The translations under genes were made by a program, and so were the position numbers. From Malacoraja senta (lineage: Eukaryota), in contig JAXLNO010000203.1 in assembly GCA_038087875.1 (NCBI GenBank), positions 1 to 64,000 of the forward strand: a DNA stretch of 64,000 nt, written 5' to 3'. How positions within the stretch are numbered: position 1 is the first letter of the stretch; every line of letters starts with the position of its first letter. Of the stretch, positions 11,931-24,724 are shown one piece after another. Below the pieces are notes generated by a model. It was not told the DNA's origin, searched no databases, and saw nothing but the letters and a program-made list of their open reading frames with translations.

Positions 11931-14230
11931 TTCCTCTGAACACCTCTAAATTCCTCCAAAGCAGTCTAAACCCCTCTAAACCCCACTAAACCCTCTAAGC
12001 CCCTCTAAATCCCTCTAACCCTTCTAAGTTCCTCTATGCCCATCTAGTCCTCTAAATCTCCAAACCCCTCGAAACCCATCAAAACACCTCTAAACACCAG
12101 CTAAACCCCTCTAACCCACTCTAAACCCATCGAACCCTCTAAACTCCTCGAAACCCATCTAAAACCCTCTAACATCACTATACATCTCTAAACACCTCTA
12201 TACCCCTCGAAACCAATCTAAAGCACTCTAAACCAATCTAAACCCCTCTAAAGGCCTCTAAGCAATTCGAAACCCCTCCGAACCCCTCTAAACCAATGTA
12301 AACACCTTCGAAACCCATCTAAATCATCCGAAAGTCCTCTAAACACCTCTAAACAATTCTAAGTCCCCCCAAGCACCTCTGAACTCCTGTAAACAGGTCT
12401 AAGCCCATTTATAGCTCTCTAAGACCCTGGAAACCCCTCTAACCACGTATAAACCCCTTTAAACCACTCTAACCTCTTCTATCCCTTCTAAACCCCTCCA
12501 AGGCACTCTAAACCACTCTAAACCCTTCTAAACATATCTAAACCTCTCCACCCAACTGTAACAACCTATACCCACTACGAAACAACCTCCTAACCCCTCT
12601 GAACCCTCTTAACCGCTCTAAAGCCCTCCAAACACCTTTAAACCACTCTAAAGCCCTCTAACCCTATTTACACTTCTAAACCGTCAAAACACCTCAAAAT
12701 CCCTCCAAACCTCTCCAAATCCCTCTAAAACTCACTAAACCTCTAACGCTACCCCTCTAAGCCACTCAGAACCCCATTGAAACCACTCTAAACCTCTCTA
12801 AACCCCTCTAAAACCCCGTAAATCCCTTCAAAACCTCTAAACCCCTCTATCCACTCAAAACCCCTCTGAACCACTCTAAACCCTTCGAAAACCCTCTATA
12901 CCACTCCAAACCCATCGAAACCCCTCTAAACACCTCTAAATCCCTCGAAAACCTCTCTGCATCCCTCAAACGCCACTATCTAATCAATCTACACCCATCC
13001 ATACCCCCTCTAAACCCCATCTAATGCCACCTGAACACATCTATAGCCCTCTAAGCCCACACTAAATACCTCTAAACACCTCTAACCGCCTCTAAACCTC
13101 TCCAAAATACTAAATCCCAATAAACACATCTAAACACATGGAAATCCCTCTAACTCCCTCTAACTCACTCTAAGCCTCTCCAAACCACTAACCCCCTCTA
13201 GCCACCTCTAAACCCCCCAAAACCATCTACACCCCGCTAAACCCCTCTAAACCTGTCCAAACCACTCTAACGCCCTCGAAACCCCTCTACCCACTTCTAC
13301 TCCCCCTTTAAGCCCTCTCACCCCTCTATCAACTTCTCAACCTCTCATAACCCCTCTAAACCCGTCTAAACCACTCCAGACCCCTCTAAATCCCTCTAAA
13401 CACATCTAAAGCACTATAATAATTTCTAAACCCCTCTAACACCTCTAAACCGCTCTAAACATCTTGAAACCCATCGAAATCCCTCTAACTCTCTCTAAAC
13501 GCCTCCTAAACCTCTAAGCACCTCTGAGCCCCACTAAACCACTCGATACGCCTCTAAATGCCTTTAAACCCCTCTAACCCGTCTAAGCCCTCTATATTCC
13601 CTCTAAACCCCTCTACACCCCTCCAAACCACTCTAAATCCCTCTAAACCCCTCTAAACCCCTCTAAAGCACTATAAACCCATATAAAGCCCTCTCAACAT
13701 GTAAACCACTCTAAAACCCCCTTAACCCCTTTAAAACACTCGAAAACCCTCGAAACCCCTCTAATACCCTCTAACGTACTAAACACCTCTAAACACCACA
13801 CTCCTCCAAACCTGTAAAGCCCCCTAAACCAGTCTAAAACACTCTAAACCATTCTAAACGCTTCTAAACCATTGTAACACACCCCAATCACCTCTAAACT
13901 CCTCGAAATCCTTCGAATCCTCGAAATCCCTGTAAATCATTCGAACCATCTAAACCCCTCTAAAATATTCTAAACCCGTCTAAGCCCCTCTGAACCCTTC
14001 TAAACACGTCTAAGCCTCTTTAAAACTCTCTAAACCACTGTGAACCCCTGTGGAAAACCCTCAAAGTAACTCTAACCGCATCTAGCCCCCTATAAATCCC
14101 TCCAACGCCCACTAAACCCGTCCAAACCCCCTTAAACGCTCTAAACCTCTCTAAAGTCCTCTGAACACATTTATACCACATTCATGCCCTCTAATTCCCT
14201 TTAAACGTCTTTAAATCCATCTAACCGCCT
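11931..14230 (+). repeat. Satellite A: degenerate 10-bp tandem repeat (CCCCTCTAAA)n
   Basis: Clear 10-bp register, e.g. 13641 ctctaaaccc ctctaaaccc ctctaaagca; extreme C/G strand skew. Confidence 0.93.
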
Positions 14231-16198
14231 CATGGAGGGATAGTATCAAAGCAAAAGATGATGCGTACAAATTAGCCAGAAAAGCAGCATACCAGAGGAC
14301 TGGGAGAAATTCAGAGACCAGCAGAGGAGGACAAAGGGCTTAATTAGGAAAGGGAAAATAGATTATGAAAGTAAACTGGCAGGGAACATAAAAACTGACT
14401 GCAAAATTGTTATAGATATGTGAAGAGAAAGAGATTAGTTAAAACAAATGTAGGTCCCTTGCAGTCAGACACAGGTGAATTGATCATGGGGAACAAGCAT
14501 ATGGCGGACCAATTGAATAACTATTTTGGTTCTGTCTTCACTAAGGAAGACATAAATAATCTGCCGGAAATAGCAGGGAGCCGCGGGTCAAAGGAGATGG
14601 AGGAACTGAGTGAAATCCAGGTTAGTCGGGAAGTGGTGTTGGGTAAATTGAATGGATTAAAGGCTGATAAATCACCAGGGCCAGATAGGCTGCATCCCAG
14701 AGTACTTAAGGAAGTAGCTCCAGAAATAGTGGATACATTAGTGATAATGTTTCAAAACTCTTTAGATTCTGGAGTAGTTCGTGAGGATTGGAGGGTACCA
14801 AACGTAACCCCACTTTTTAAGAAGGGAGGGAGAGAGAAAACGGGGAATTACAGACCAGTTAGGCTAACATCGGTAGTGGGGAAACTGCTAGATTCAGTTA
14901 TTAAAGATGGGATAGCAGCACATTTGGAAAGTGGTGAAATCATTGGACAAAGTCAGCATGGATTTACGAAAGGTAAATCATGTCTGCCGAATCTTATAGA
15001 ATTTTTCCAGGATGTTACTAGTAGAGTGGATAGGGGAGAACCAGTGGATGTGTTGTATCTGGACTTTCAGAAGGCATTCGACAAGGTTCCACATAAGAGA
15101 TTAGTATACAAGCTTAAAGCACACGGTATTGGGGGTTCAGTATTGATGTGGATAGAGAACTGGCTGCCAAACAGGAAGCAAACAGTAGGAGTAAACGGGT
15201 CCTTTTCACAATGGCAGGCAGTGACTAGTGGGGTGCCGCAAGGCTCAGTGCTGGGACCCCAGCTATTTACAATTTATATTAATGACCTGGATGAGGGAAT
15301 TGAAGGCAACATCTCCAAGTTTGCGGATGACACTAAGCTGGGGGGCAGTGTTAGCTGTGAGGAGGATGCTAGGAGACTGCAAGGTGACTTGGATAGGCTG
15401 GGTGAGTGGGCAAATGTTTGGCAGATGCAGTATAATGTGGATAAATGTGAGGTTATCCACTTTGGTGGCAAAAACAGGAAAGCAGACGATTATCTAAATG
15501 GTGGCCGATTAGGAAAAGGTGAGATGGAGCGAGACCTGGGTGTCATGGTACACCAGTCATTGAAAGTAGGCATGCAGGTGCAGCAGGCAGTGAAGAAAGC
15601 GAATGGTATGATAGCTTTCATAGCAAAACGATTTGAGTATAGGAGCAGGAAGGTTCTACTGCAGTTGTACAGGGTCTTGGTGAGACCACACCTTGCGTAC
15701 AGTTTTAGTCTCCAAATCTGAGGAAGGACATTATAGCCATAGAGGGAGTGCAGAGAAGGTTCACCAGACTGATTCCTGGGATGTCATGACTTTCATATGA
15801 ATAAAGACTGGATAGACTTGGCTTATACTCGCTAGAATTTAGGAGATTGAGAGGGCATCTTATAGAAACTTACAAAATTCTTATGGGGTTGGACAGGCTA
15901 GATGCAGGAAGATTGTTCCCGATGTTGGGGAAGTCCAGGACAAGGGGTCACGGCTTAAGGATAAGGGGGAAATCCTTTAAGACCGAGATGAGAAAAAACC
16001 TTTTTCACTTCCGGTGGCGCCATGTTGGACTAACAGACGTGCACCTAGCACCTCTCCCGAAAAATTTCACGATTTATCGTGTAAAACGGGTCCAAAAATC
16101 GGGATTGTTTTTAAAAACCTTACCGGAGCTTCTGGTCGCCGCGCTGATGACGTCATCACTAAGCGCGATGTTTTAAACGGTGGTTTGAAGCCCTTTAA

Positions 16199-17347
16199 AT
16201 GAGTAAACTGTCTCCAGCTGTGAGCCCTCAGAGCGCAGTGAAAAAGCTGCTGAAAGACCAGAAGAAGTCTGAAGCAGAAGTTACCTCTGAAGTCTCGGAA
16301 GTCTCTGAAGTGGCTGCAGAAATGGATACACGATCTAAGAAAGAGTTTGATGACTGGAAGAAATCAGTGGAAAATATGAAAGATGAGATTTTGGACGAAA
16401 ATAAAATTATGATGGAAAATATGAAGAAAAATATGAAGGAAGATAAAAAGGAAATGAAGGAAAATAGGAAGGAAGATAAGAAGGAAATGAAGGAAAATAT
16501 GACAAAAATGATGGAAGGAATGGAGAAGATGATGAGGGAATTAAATGCTGGTAACCAGAAGAATATGATTGATTCACTGGACATTATGAATAAACGAATT
16601 GATGAGGTGAAAGATGGACTATCAGAGAGAATGGACAAGATGGATGAAACTACTACGGATAAGTTCACGGCTGTGCTTGAAACAGTAGCTGCAAGTATGC
16701 GCACAATTACGGAATTGGAGAAAAACACGGCTCGAATGGTTGAAGACATGGCGAAAATGAGGCAAGAACATGAGCAAATGAGGCGAGAAAACGAACAAAC
16801 TTCACTACAGATGGTGACTCAACTGGAGAAAGTCTCAGTCAAATGCCTGGACCTGGAAGCTCGCTCTAGACGCCAGAATTTGAGAATTCTTGGAGTTTCA
16901 GAGGGAGCCGAAGGGGAGGATGTACGTGAGTTTGCCATGGGCTTGCTTAAACAACTGCTGAATCTTTCCAAAGAACCGAAAATCGAAGTGGCTCATCGTG
17001 TCCCAAGATTTAAACAAAGATTTGGTGCGGGAAAAAATTATCCACGACATATTATTGTGAAATTTCGGGACATTTTAGAACTGGAAGATGTTATGAGTAA
17101 AATCAAATACGGTGTGCAACTGCGGGTGGACAATGATACTATTAAGATATTCAGGGATTACCCGTATGAAATTGTGCAAAAAAGAAACAAATTTGAGAAG
17201 GTTAAAGATCTTTTAAGAGGGAGAGAAGGGATCAGATTTGGGATTTTTTATCCCGCGAAAATGCGTATTTCCTTTAAGGGTCTGGAAAAGTCATTTGTTA
17301 AGCCTGAAGAAGCGTTTAAATATGCTCAAACTATCGTTGAAAAATAG
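16199..17347 (+). CDS. L1 ORF1p, 382 aa, intact
   Basis: Uninterrupted ORF with a long coiled coil and DLEARSRRQNLRILGVSEG, VAHR, IFRDY and FGIFYPA motifs. Confidence 0.9.
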   Translation: MSKLSPAVSPQSAVKKLLKDQKKSEAEVTSEVSEVSEVAAEMDTRSKKEFDDWKKSVENMKDEILDENKIMMENMKKNMKEDKKEMKENRKEDKKEMKENMTKMMEGMEKMMRELNAGNQKNMIDSLDIMNKRIDEVKDGLSERMDKMDETTTDKFTAVLETVAASMRTITELEKNTARMVEDMAKMRQEHEQMRRENEQTSLQMVTQLEKVSVKCLDLEARSRRQNLRILGVSEGAEGEDVREFAMGLLKQLLNLSKEPKIEVAHRVPRFKQRFGAGKNYPRHIIVKFRDILELEDVMSKIKYGVQLRVDNDTIKIFRDYPYEIVQKRNKFEKVKDLLRGREGIRFGIFYPAKMRISFKGLEKSFVKPEEAFKYAQTIVEK

Positions 17348-17995
17348 AAAGGAAAGGGAGATTTGAACCATTTTAAGCAATGCTTTGTCTGGGGATAGTT
17401 ACACTGTTATCTTCGGAATGTTGAATCAAGGACACTTTCTGTTCAAAACGAGTAAACAACTGAACAGATGGCAATGGTATATACCAGAAAGCATATAATT
17501 GCTTATTAGATTATAATATTATAACCAATTGTAAGAACTTATCCTATTAACAACTTAATAAGTGATGCATGTTAGATTAGAATACTAATAAAAACAAAAA
17601 TAAAAAATAACGAACTAACATACTAATATGAATTTTTAATAAACTGAATCCTTATCTATAAGTGGGAGGAGGGGATGAGAAACGAGCAACTGGCTTAGGT
17701 CCAGGGGCACGTCTCGTTATCCCCTTCAACCATCAGTTGATTCTTATTGAAGTCAAAAGTATCGGTTTAATAATCAGTAGTTAAAATTCCGATATATATA
17801 TATGTTACAATGAAACTTACAGGCTAAAAGTGTATTATATATCTGAATGTGAGGCCCCGTTTTAATATTATAATATGTTATGATTAACCAAGAGAGCGGA
17901 GCTATTTGTGTAACAACGCAATGGAAGTCAAAACAAGGTTTTTTCCCACCTACAGGTGGGACACTCGCTACAGTGCCGACTATATCAGACACTGT

Positions 17996-18125
17996 GTTAA
18001 AGAAGGAACTGCAGATGCTGGAAAATCGAAGGTACACAAAAATGCTGGAGAAACTCAGCGGGTGCAGCAGCATCTATGGAGCGAAGGAAATAGGTAACGT
18101 TTCGGGCCGAAACCCTTCTTCAGAC
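17996..18125 (-). mobile_element. ~135-bp Penelope-like terminal-repeat fragment inserted in the L1 #2 spacer
   Basis: Flanked by the 11-bp direct repeat tcagacactgt (17985-17995 and 18120-18130). Contains gatgctgctgcacccgctgagtttctccagca and a hammerhead core. Confidence 0.78.
18094..18125 (-). ncRNA. Minimal type-I hammerhead ribozyme core (Penelope-associated), stem I probably truncated
   Basis: Minus strand reads CUGAAGA-a-GGGU-UUCG-GCCC-GAAAC-GUU-A: canonical CUGANGA and GAAA boxes with stem II capped by UUCG. Confidence 0.7.
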
Positions 18126-18308
18126 ACTGTATCTTCACTTTTATAGGTTTTCTTTTATCACATAAAATCACTTGTTTGTGTTTTGTGTTTAGTGATAAGC
18201 GTAAAATGGACATAACAGCAAAACTTAAAAACTCAAAAGCTCCCCCAATACCTAAAGACCTGGGATTTGGATGCACCACAAGATTTAAAGGTACTATAAT
18301 TATTCAAA

Positions 18309-21300
18309 ATGCATGACACCACACAAAAGAACCTAGGAGGAATCTCATTTTGTAGTTGGAATAGAAGAGGTATTAACGAACCTATTAAAAGGGGTAAGAT
18401 ACTAGCTCAGCTGAAATTGTACAACTCCGACATTATCTTCCTACAAGAAACACACCTAAAATCTCAGGATCAAGTTAGGTTGAGGGCGAAATGGATAGGT
18501 CAAACATACCACTCTTCATTTACTTCAAAATCTAGAGGCACGTCAATCATCATAAGAAAAGGTATACCATTTAAAGCAAAGAATATTATAACAGATAAAG
18601 AAGGGAGATACTTAATAGTTAATGGAGAAATCCATGATACTTCACTTACTTTGGTAAATATATATGCCCCTAACTTTGATAACCCCCACTTTTTCAATAA
18701 CATTTTCAACATAATTGCAGAGTCAAACTATCAAAATGTTATAATAGGAGGATACTTTAACTGTGTTTTAGATCCGTACTTAGATAAATCAAGTCAAAAA
18801 CAGAGAGGGAATATGAAATCGAAAACTGGGGAACTTCTCAATACCTATATAAACAACACTAATATAGCAGATGTTTGGAGAATTGTTAATCCAACTGGCA
18901 GGGAATACTCGTTTTACTCAATGGTACATAAGACATACTCACGTATAGACTACTTTCTGCTGGATACAAAATTAATCCCCCAAACATCTAATGCAATATA
19001 CCACACAATCTCGATTTCAGACCATTCTCCACTAACTTTCTTTTTAAAACTGGAAGGATTGTCTAAGAATAAATCGTTTTGGAGATTTAATTCTCAAATT
19101 CTAAAAGATCCACAAGCGAGTATATATTTAAAAGAACAAATGGAGGTCTTTTTTCAAATAAATGATACTCCAGGTATATCGCCTACTGTATTATGGGAAT
19201 CTTTTAAAGCATACATTAGGGGTATTATTATTTCATATCAAGCTTTTCAAAATAAAAAGAATAAGAATGAACAAAGACAGTTAGAAGAACTTATTAGACA
19301 AATGGATATAGATAATGCTAAAGATCCATCAATAGATAAACATAATAAAATAATAATTTTGAAATTTAAATTAAATAAATTATTATCTGCCAAACTTATA
19401 AGACTTTTTCAAATTACAAAACAAGAGCATTTTGAATTTGGGGATAAACCGCATAAACGTTTGGCTCGCCAGCTAAAAAAACGAGAAAAGGAACATACTA
19501 TACCAAAGATCAAATCAGATAAAGGGGAATTATTAACAACACCAAAGGATATTAATAATAGATTTGCGCAATTTTATGAGAATTTGTATACATCTAAAAC
19601 GACAATTGATTCCAATAATATCACAAAGTTCTTGGATACCTGTAATCTTCCAAAGTTAGGACTGAAGGAACAAGAGGAACTGGGTGCACAAATATCAATT
19701 AAGGAATTAGAAGATACAATAAACTCACTAAAGAATGGAAAAACACCAGGCCCTGACGGATTTACTAATGAATTTTATAAAAGCTTTTATGATAAAATAA
19801 TACCAAGATTACAAAAAATGTACCAATATGCTTTTAAAAAACGAATACTACCTGATACATTAGCGGAATCAACGATTACATTAATACCTAAGAAAAATAA
19901 AGACTTAGAAGAACCTGGTTCATATAGAGCTATAGCATTGTTAAACACAGATCAAATAATATTAGCGAAAACATTAGCTAGAAGATTAAGTAAATACATT
20001 AGTAAATTAATGAACCCAGATCAGACGGGGTTTATCCCTAAGAGATACTCATCTAACATTATGAGACGTCTACTCAACATAATGCATTCACACAAATCTG
20101 AAGATCAAGAATTATCAATTATTTCGCTGGATGCTGAAAAGCATTTGATCAAGTAGAATGGAATTATATGGACAAAGTATTACAAACATTTCAACTGGGG
20201 GAGAATTTTATTCTATGGATCAAGTTACTATATAAGAAACCTACAGCTAGAATACTAACTGATAACATATTATCCTCGAAATTCCAACTATCAAGGGGAA
20301 ATAGACAAGGATGCTCATTATCACCACAACTGTTTGCTCTCATTATTGAACCGCTAGCAGAAAAAATTAGAATACACCCTGATATCCATGGATATAATAC
20401 TAAAGATTCATATAATAAAATATCTTTATACGCGGATGATATATTACTGTACATTACAACACCTCAAATCACTATACCAAATATATTAAATGTAATTGAA
20501 GATTTTGGATCTTTTTCTGGATATAGAATAAATTGGAATAAAAGTGAAATTATGTCAATAAAACCGAAAGATTCAACACATCTTTTAAAATTCCCTTTTA
20601 AAATAGCTACAGAAAAATTTAAATATTTGGGAATCGAAATAACCAGATCATATCAAGCTATGTTTAGGGCAAATTTTGACCCCTTACTTAATAAATTAAA
20701 CACACTAATTAAATTCTGGAAAACGCTCCCGATGTCTTTAATAGGCCGAATAAACGCAATAAAAATGATCTTTTTACCACAAATTTTATGCCTATTTCAA
20801 TCAATTCCTATATACTTACCAAAGAAGTTTTTAAAAAAACTCGACTCAGATATCACTAATTTTATATGGGACTATAAATCACATAGAATACAAAAAACTC
20901 ATCTGAATAAACCTAAAGTATTAGGGGGTTTAGCACTACCTAATTTTATGTATTATTATTGGTCAGTAAATATTAAAAATATGATTCAACTGATGGATAA
21001 CTCCGCCCAGCAAGCGGACTGGATTGTAATGGAGAAAGAGGATTGCTCCTCTAGAAACATTGGAGCGATCCTCCTCTCTCCAATGAAATTGAATAACATA
21101 AATTATAATAAGAACCCAATTATTCATAGTACAATCCGAATTTGGAAACAAATAAAACAAAATTTAAAATTAAGAAATGTATCACTTTTATTACCTATAG
21201 TCAATAACCCTTCGTTTAATCCTTCTATTATAGATAAAGCTTATACACAATGGGATAGATTAGGAATTAAAACGCTTGGTGACTTGTATGAAACTGGAAA

Positions 21301-22100
21301 ATTACTTTCATTTCAACAATTACAAATAAAATATAAACTCGGAAATAATCAATATTTTAAATACTTTCAAATATGCGACTATTTGAAAAAATATACAAAA
21401 GATCATCATAATAACCCAGCAGATGTACTGGACGAGGCAGTGCAGATAAAAGCGGAATCAGCAAACTTAATATCATATTTGTATAATATTATCTTAAATG
21501 CACAAATAACATCTACGGAGGGTATCAGAAGAGACTGGGAACAAGAGTTAGCTATTAAAATTTCAAAGGAAAGTTGGAATGAATACTTATTAAACGTGCA
21601 TAAATGCTCGATTAATGTAAGACACACTTTAATACAATTTAAAATTTTACATAGATTATATTATTCGAAAACTAAAATTCATAAAATTTTCCCAAATGTA
21701 TCATTTATTTGTGATAAATGTAAATCCCAAGAAGCTACCATAACGCACTCATTCGTTTCTTGTACAAAAATTCAAAAATTTTGGAATGAAATTTTTGAAA
21801 TCTTTACAAAGTTATTTAAAACAAGACTGATACCCAAAGCAGAATGGATTATCTTCGGTATAACGGAAGATGGTCCAGATCTAAATGTGTTTCAAAAGAA
21901 ACTAATGGACTATGGGTTAATAACTGGAAAAAAAGCTAATTCTAAAATTTTGGAAGAAGGCTCCAATACCTACTATAAATATGTGGATTTCAAATATGTT
22001 TGAAACATTACACCTAGAAGAGATAAGACTCCTCCTAGCAGGTAAACCAGATCACTTCCACCTGACGTGGTCTGCATTTATAGAATTATTACAAACATAG
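18309..22100 (+). pseudogene. L1 ORF2p with two frameshifts in A-runs (~20140 and ~21930)
   Basis: ORFs 18309..20156 and 20168..22003 carry EN, RT (YADD) and CDKC..H....C motifs. The EN motif reads GGYFN instead of GGDFN. Confidence 0.92.
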
Positions 22101-22865
22101 GGTGCAAAAGTACTTTAAAAAAAATTTGAGGTCAGGTAAGGGGGGATGATAGTTGAAGAGTTGGTATGTCCCATTTACGTAATGCTCATAAAAATATTTG
22201 TTTCTCTCTTTTTCCTCTTTCTCTCTTTCTTTCTTTCCTAGGGTCTATTTCTTAACTCTTTTTCTTTTGTTTTTAATTTTGCTCTCATAGGGTCTTCCTC
22301 CTTTTTTGTTGTCACATTTCCTACACTTTCACTTTTTCCTTCACTTTCTTCTTTCTTTCAATCTTTTCCTTTTCTAGTGTAAAAAATAAATGGAGTACAT
22401 TAATTGTAAGAAGATATAAATGACAAGTACTAATGTATGTGGTTGTAATGTAATGCACTTCTAATAAAATACAAATTAAAAAAAAAAAAAAAAATTAAAA
22501 AAAAATCACACAGAGAGTGGTGAATCTCCGGAACTCTCTGCCACAGAGGGTAGTTGATGCCAGTTCATTGGCAATATTTAAGAGGGAGTTAGATGTGGCC
22601 CTTGTGGCTAAAGGGATCAGGGGGTATGGAGAGAAGGCAGGTACGGGATACTGAGTTGGATGATCAGCCATGATCATATTGAATGGCGGTGCAGGTACGA
22701 AGGGCCGAATGGCCTACTCCTGCACCTATTTTCTATGTATCTATGTATCTATCTACCCCCCTCTAAACCCTTGTAAAGCACTCGAACCCCCTCAACCCCC
22801 CTCTAAACCCCCTCAAAACCATTCTAAAGCACTCTATCCTTCTAAAACACCCTAAACCTAAATCT

Positions 22866-23445
22866 TTAGAGAGTCAGAGTGGACAGCTATCTGAAAAGCC
22901 AAAAGAGATGGGGGAGATACTGAACAATTCATTTTCTTCGGTATTCACCAAGGAGAATGATATTGAGTTATGTGAGGTAAGGGAAACAAGTAGAGTAGCT
23001 ATGGAAACTATTAGATTCAAATAAGCGGAAGTACTGACACTTATGAAACATATACAAGTGGATAAGTCTCCAGGTCCTGACAGGATATTCCCTAGGATAT
23101 TGAGGGAAGTTAGTGTAGAAATAGCAGGGGCCATGACATACATATTTCAAATGTCATTAGAAACGAGAATGGTGCCGGAGGATTGGCGTACTGCGCATGT
23201 TGTTCCATATGTTTAAAAAGGGTTCTAAGCGTAAACCTAGCAATTATAGACCTGTTAGTTTGAATCACAGAGAGTGGTTAGTTAAAAATAAATTGGATAG
23301 GTATATGGACGGGAAAGGAATGGAGTGTTATCGTCTGTGCAGGTAGATGGGACTAGGGGAGAATAAGTGGTCGGAACGAACTAGAAGGGCCGAGATGGCC
23401 TGTTTCCGTGCTGTAATTGTTATATCGTTATATGGTTATACGGTT
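22866..23445 (+). mobile_element. Internally deleted CR1 fragment of a second family
   Basis: Remnants of FSSVFTKE, DKSPGPD, VPEDWR and NYRPVSL joined to a 3' UTR ending in a (gttatat[g/c])n tail. Confidence 0.8.
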
Positions 23446-24186
23446 AAACCACTATAAACACCTCTAAACCCCTCTAAACCCCTCTACACCCCTCCAAACC
23501 AGTCTAAATCCCACTAAACCTCTCTTAACCACTCTAAAGCGCTAAACATAACACTAAAGCCCGCTTCTCATCTACATTCATCTGAACACCTCTAAGCCCC
23601 TCCAACGCAGTCTAAATCCCTCTAAACAGCTCTAAACCCCTTGAACCATCGAAATCCCTCTAACTCTCTCTAAACCCCTCGAAACCTTCCAAGCCCCTCT
23701 AACCTCTAAACCCTCTAAGCCCCTCTATATCCTTCTAACCCCTCTGTACCTCTAAGCACATCTAGCCCTCTAAACCTCCAAACCCCTACACCCATCAAAT
23801 CCTCTCTGAACCCTCTAAACCCCTCTAACCCACTCTAAACACATCGAACCCCCCAAAACCACCCGAAACCCATCTAAACCCCTCTAAATCCCTCGAAATC
23901 CCTCTACAACCCTCTAATCCCACTATACCTCTCTAAACAGCTCTACACCCCTTCATATCACTCTAACTCTCTCTAAACCCCTCGAAACCCTCCAGTCCCC
24001 TCTAAACCACTCTAAACCCTTTAAGCCCCTCTAAATCCCTCTAACACCTCTGTCCCTCGAAGCTCATCTAGCCCTCTATACCGCCAAACCCCTCTAAACC
24101 CATCAAAACCCCTCTAAACCCCTTTAAACCCCACTAACCCACTCTAAACACATCAACCCCCCCCCCCAAAAACGAAACCCATCTAA

Positions 24187-24612
24187 GTCACACTTTCGTC
24201 ACATTTATTTGTATAGCACATTTAAAAAACAACTCTTGTTGGCCAAAGTGCTTTACATTTGTTATAAGAATAGTATAAACAAACAAATTACCTACATATA
24301 TACAAATAGCCCTCGCTCAGAGGAAGTCAAGAAAGGCTAGGGTGTATAGATACGTTTTTAGTCTTGACTTAAAGGAGTCGATGGAGGAGGCAGTTCTGAT
24401 GGGAAGGGGGATGCTGTTCCACGGTCTAGGAGCTGCAACCGCAAAGGCGCCGTCGCCCCTGAGCTTATGACTAGACCGCGGGATATTCAGCAACCCCAAG
24501 TCGGCCGATCTGAGGGACCTGGAGGTGGAGTGGTGGGCGAGAAAACTTTTAATGTAGGTGGGGGCAAGCCCATTGAGGGCTTTGCAGACATAGAGGAGGA
24601 TCTTGAAATGTA
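24187..24612 (-). mobile_element. L2 LINE 3'-terminal fragment
   Basis: FKILLYVCKALNGLAPTYI..LRSAD..AFAVAAPRPWNSIP..FKSRLKTYLY is the typical L2 C-terminus; 3' end gtaaagcactttgg..tgtgctatacaaataaa. Confidence 0.88.
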
Positions 24613-24724
24613 TATCTAAATGTATATATATATAAACCCCTCTAAATCCCTCGAAACCACTCAACAAACCTCTAACCCCTCCAAACCGCTCTAAATACCA
24701 TCTAAAGCACCTAAACACATCTAC

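Larger units (their letters stand above)
16007..22505 (+). mobile_element. Full-length L1-clade LINE (L1 #2), nearly intact
   Basis: 5' acttccggtggcgccatg, ORF1, long spacer, ORF2, pyrimidine-rich 3' UTR, AATAAA and poly(A) at 22478-22505; 2-4 bp TSD/microhomology tc(ac). Confidence 0.95.
14231..22755 (+). mobile_element. CR1 LINE, 5'-truncated, split by L1 #2 (CR1 parts 14231-16006 and 22506-22755)
   Basis: RT ORF 14420..15721 (GNYRPV, QHGFTKGKSC, LDFQKAFDKVPH, GVPQGSVLGP, KFADDTK). Resumes with tcacacagagagtggtgaatc and ends in a (ttctatgt/ctat)-type tail. Confidence 0.93.

Noticed and set aside
16228..16749. 173-aa antisense ORF in L1 #2 as an ORF0-like protein
   Set aside because: It is a low-complexity shadow of the purine-rich ORF1 coiled coil; the antisense ORF in L1 #1 is unrelated and short.
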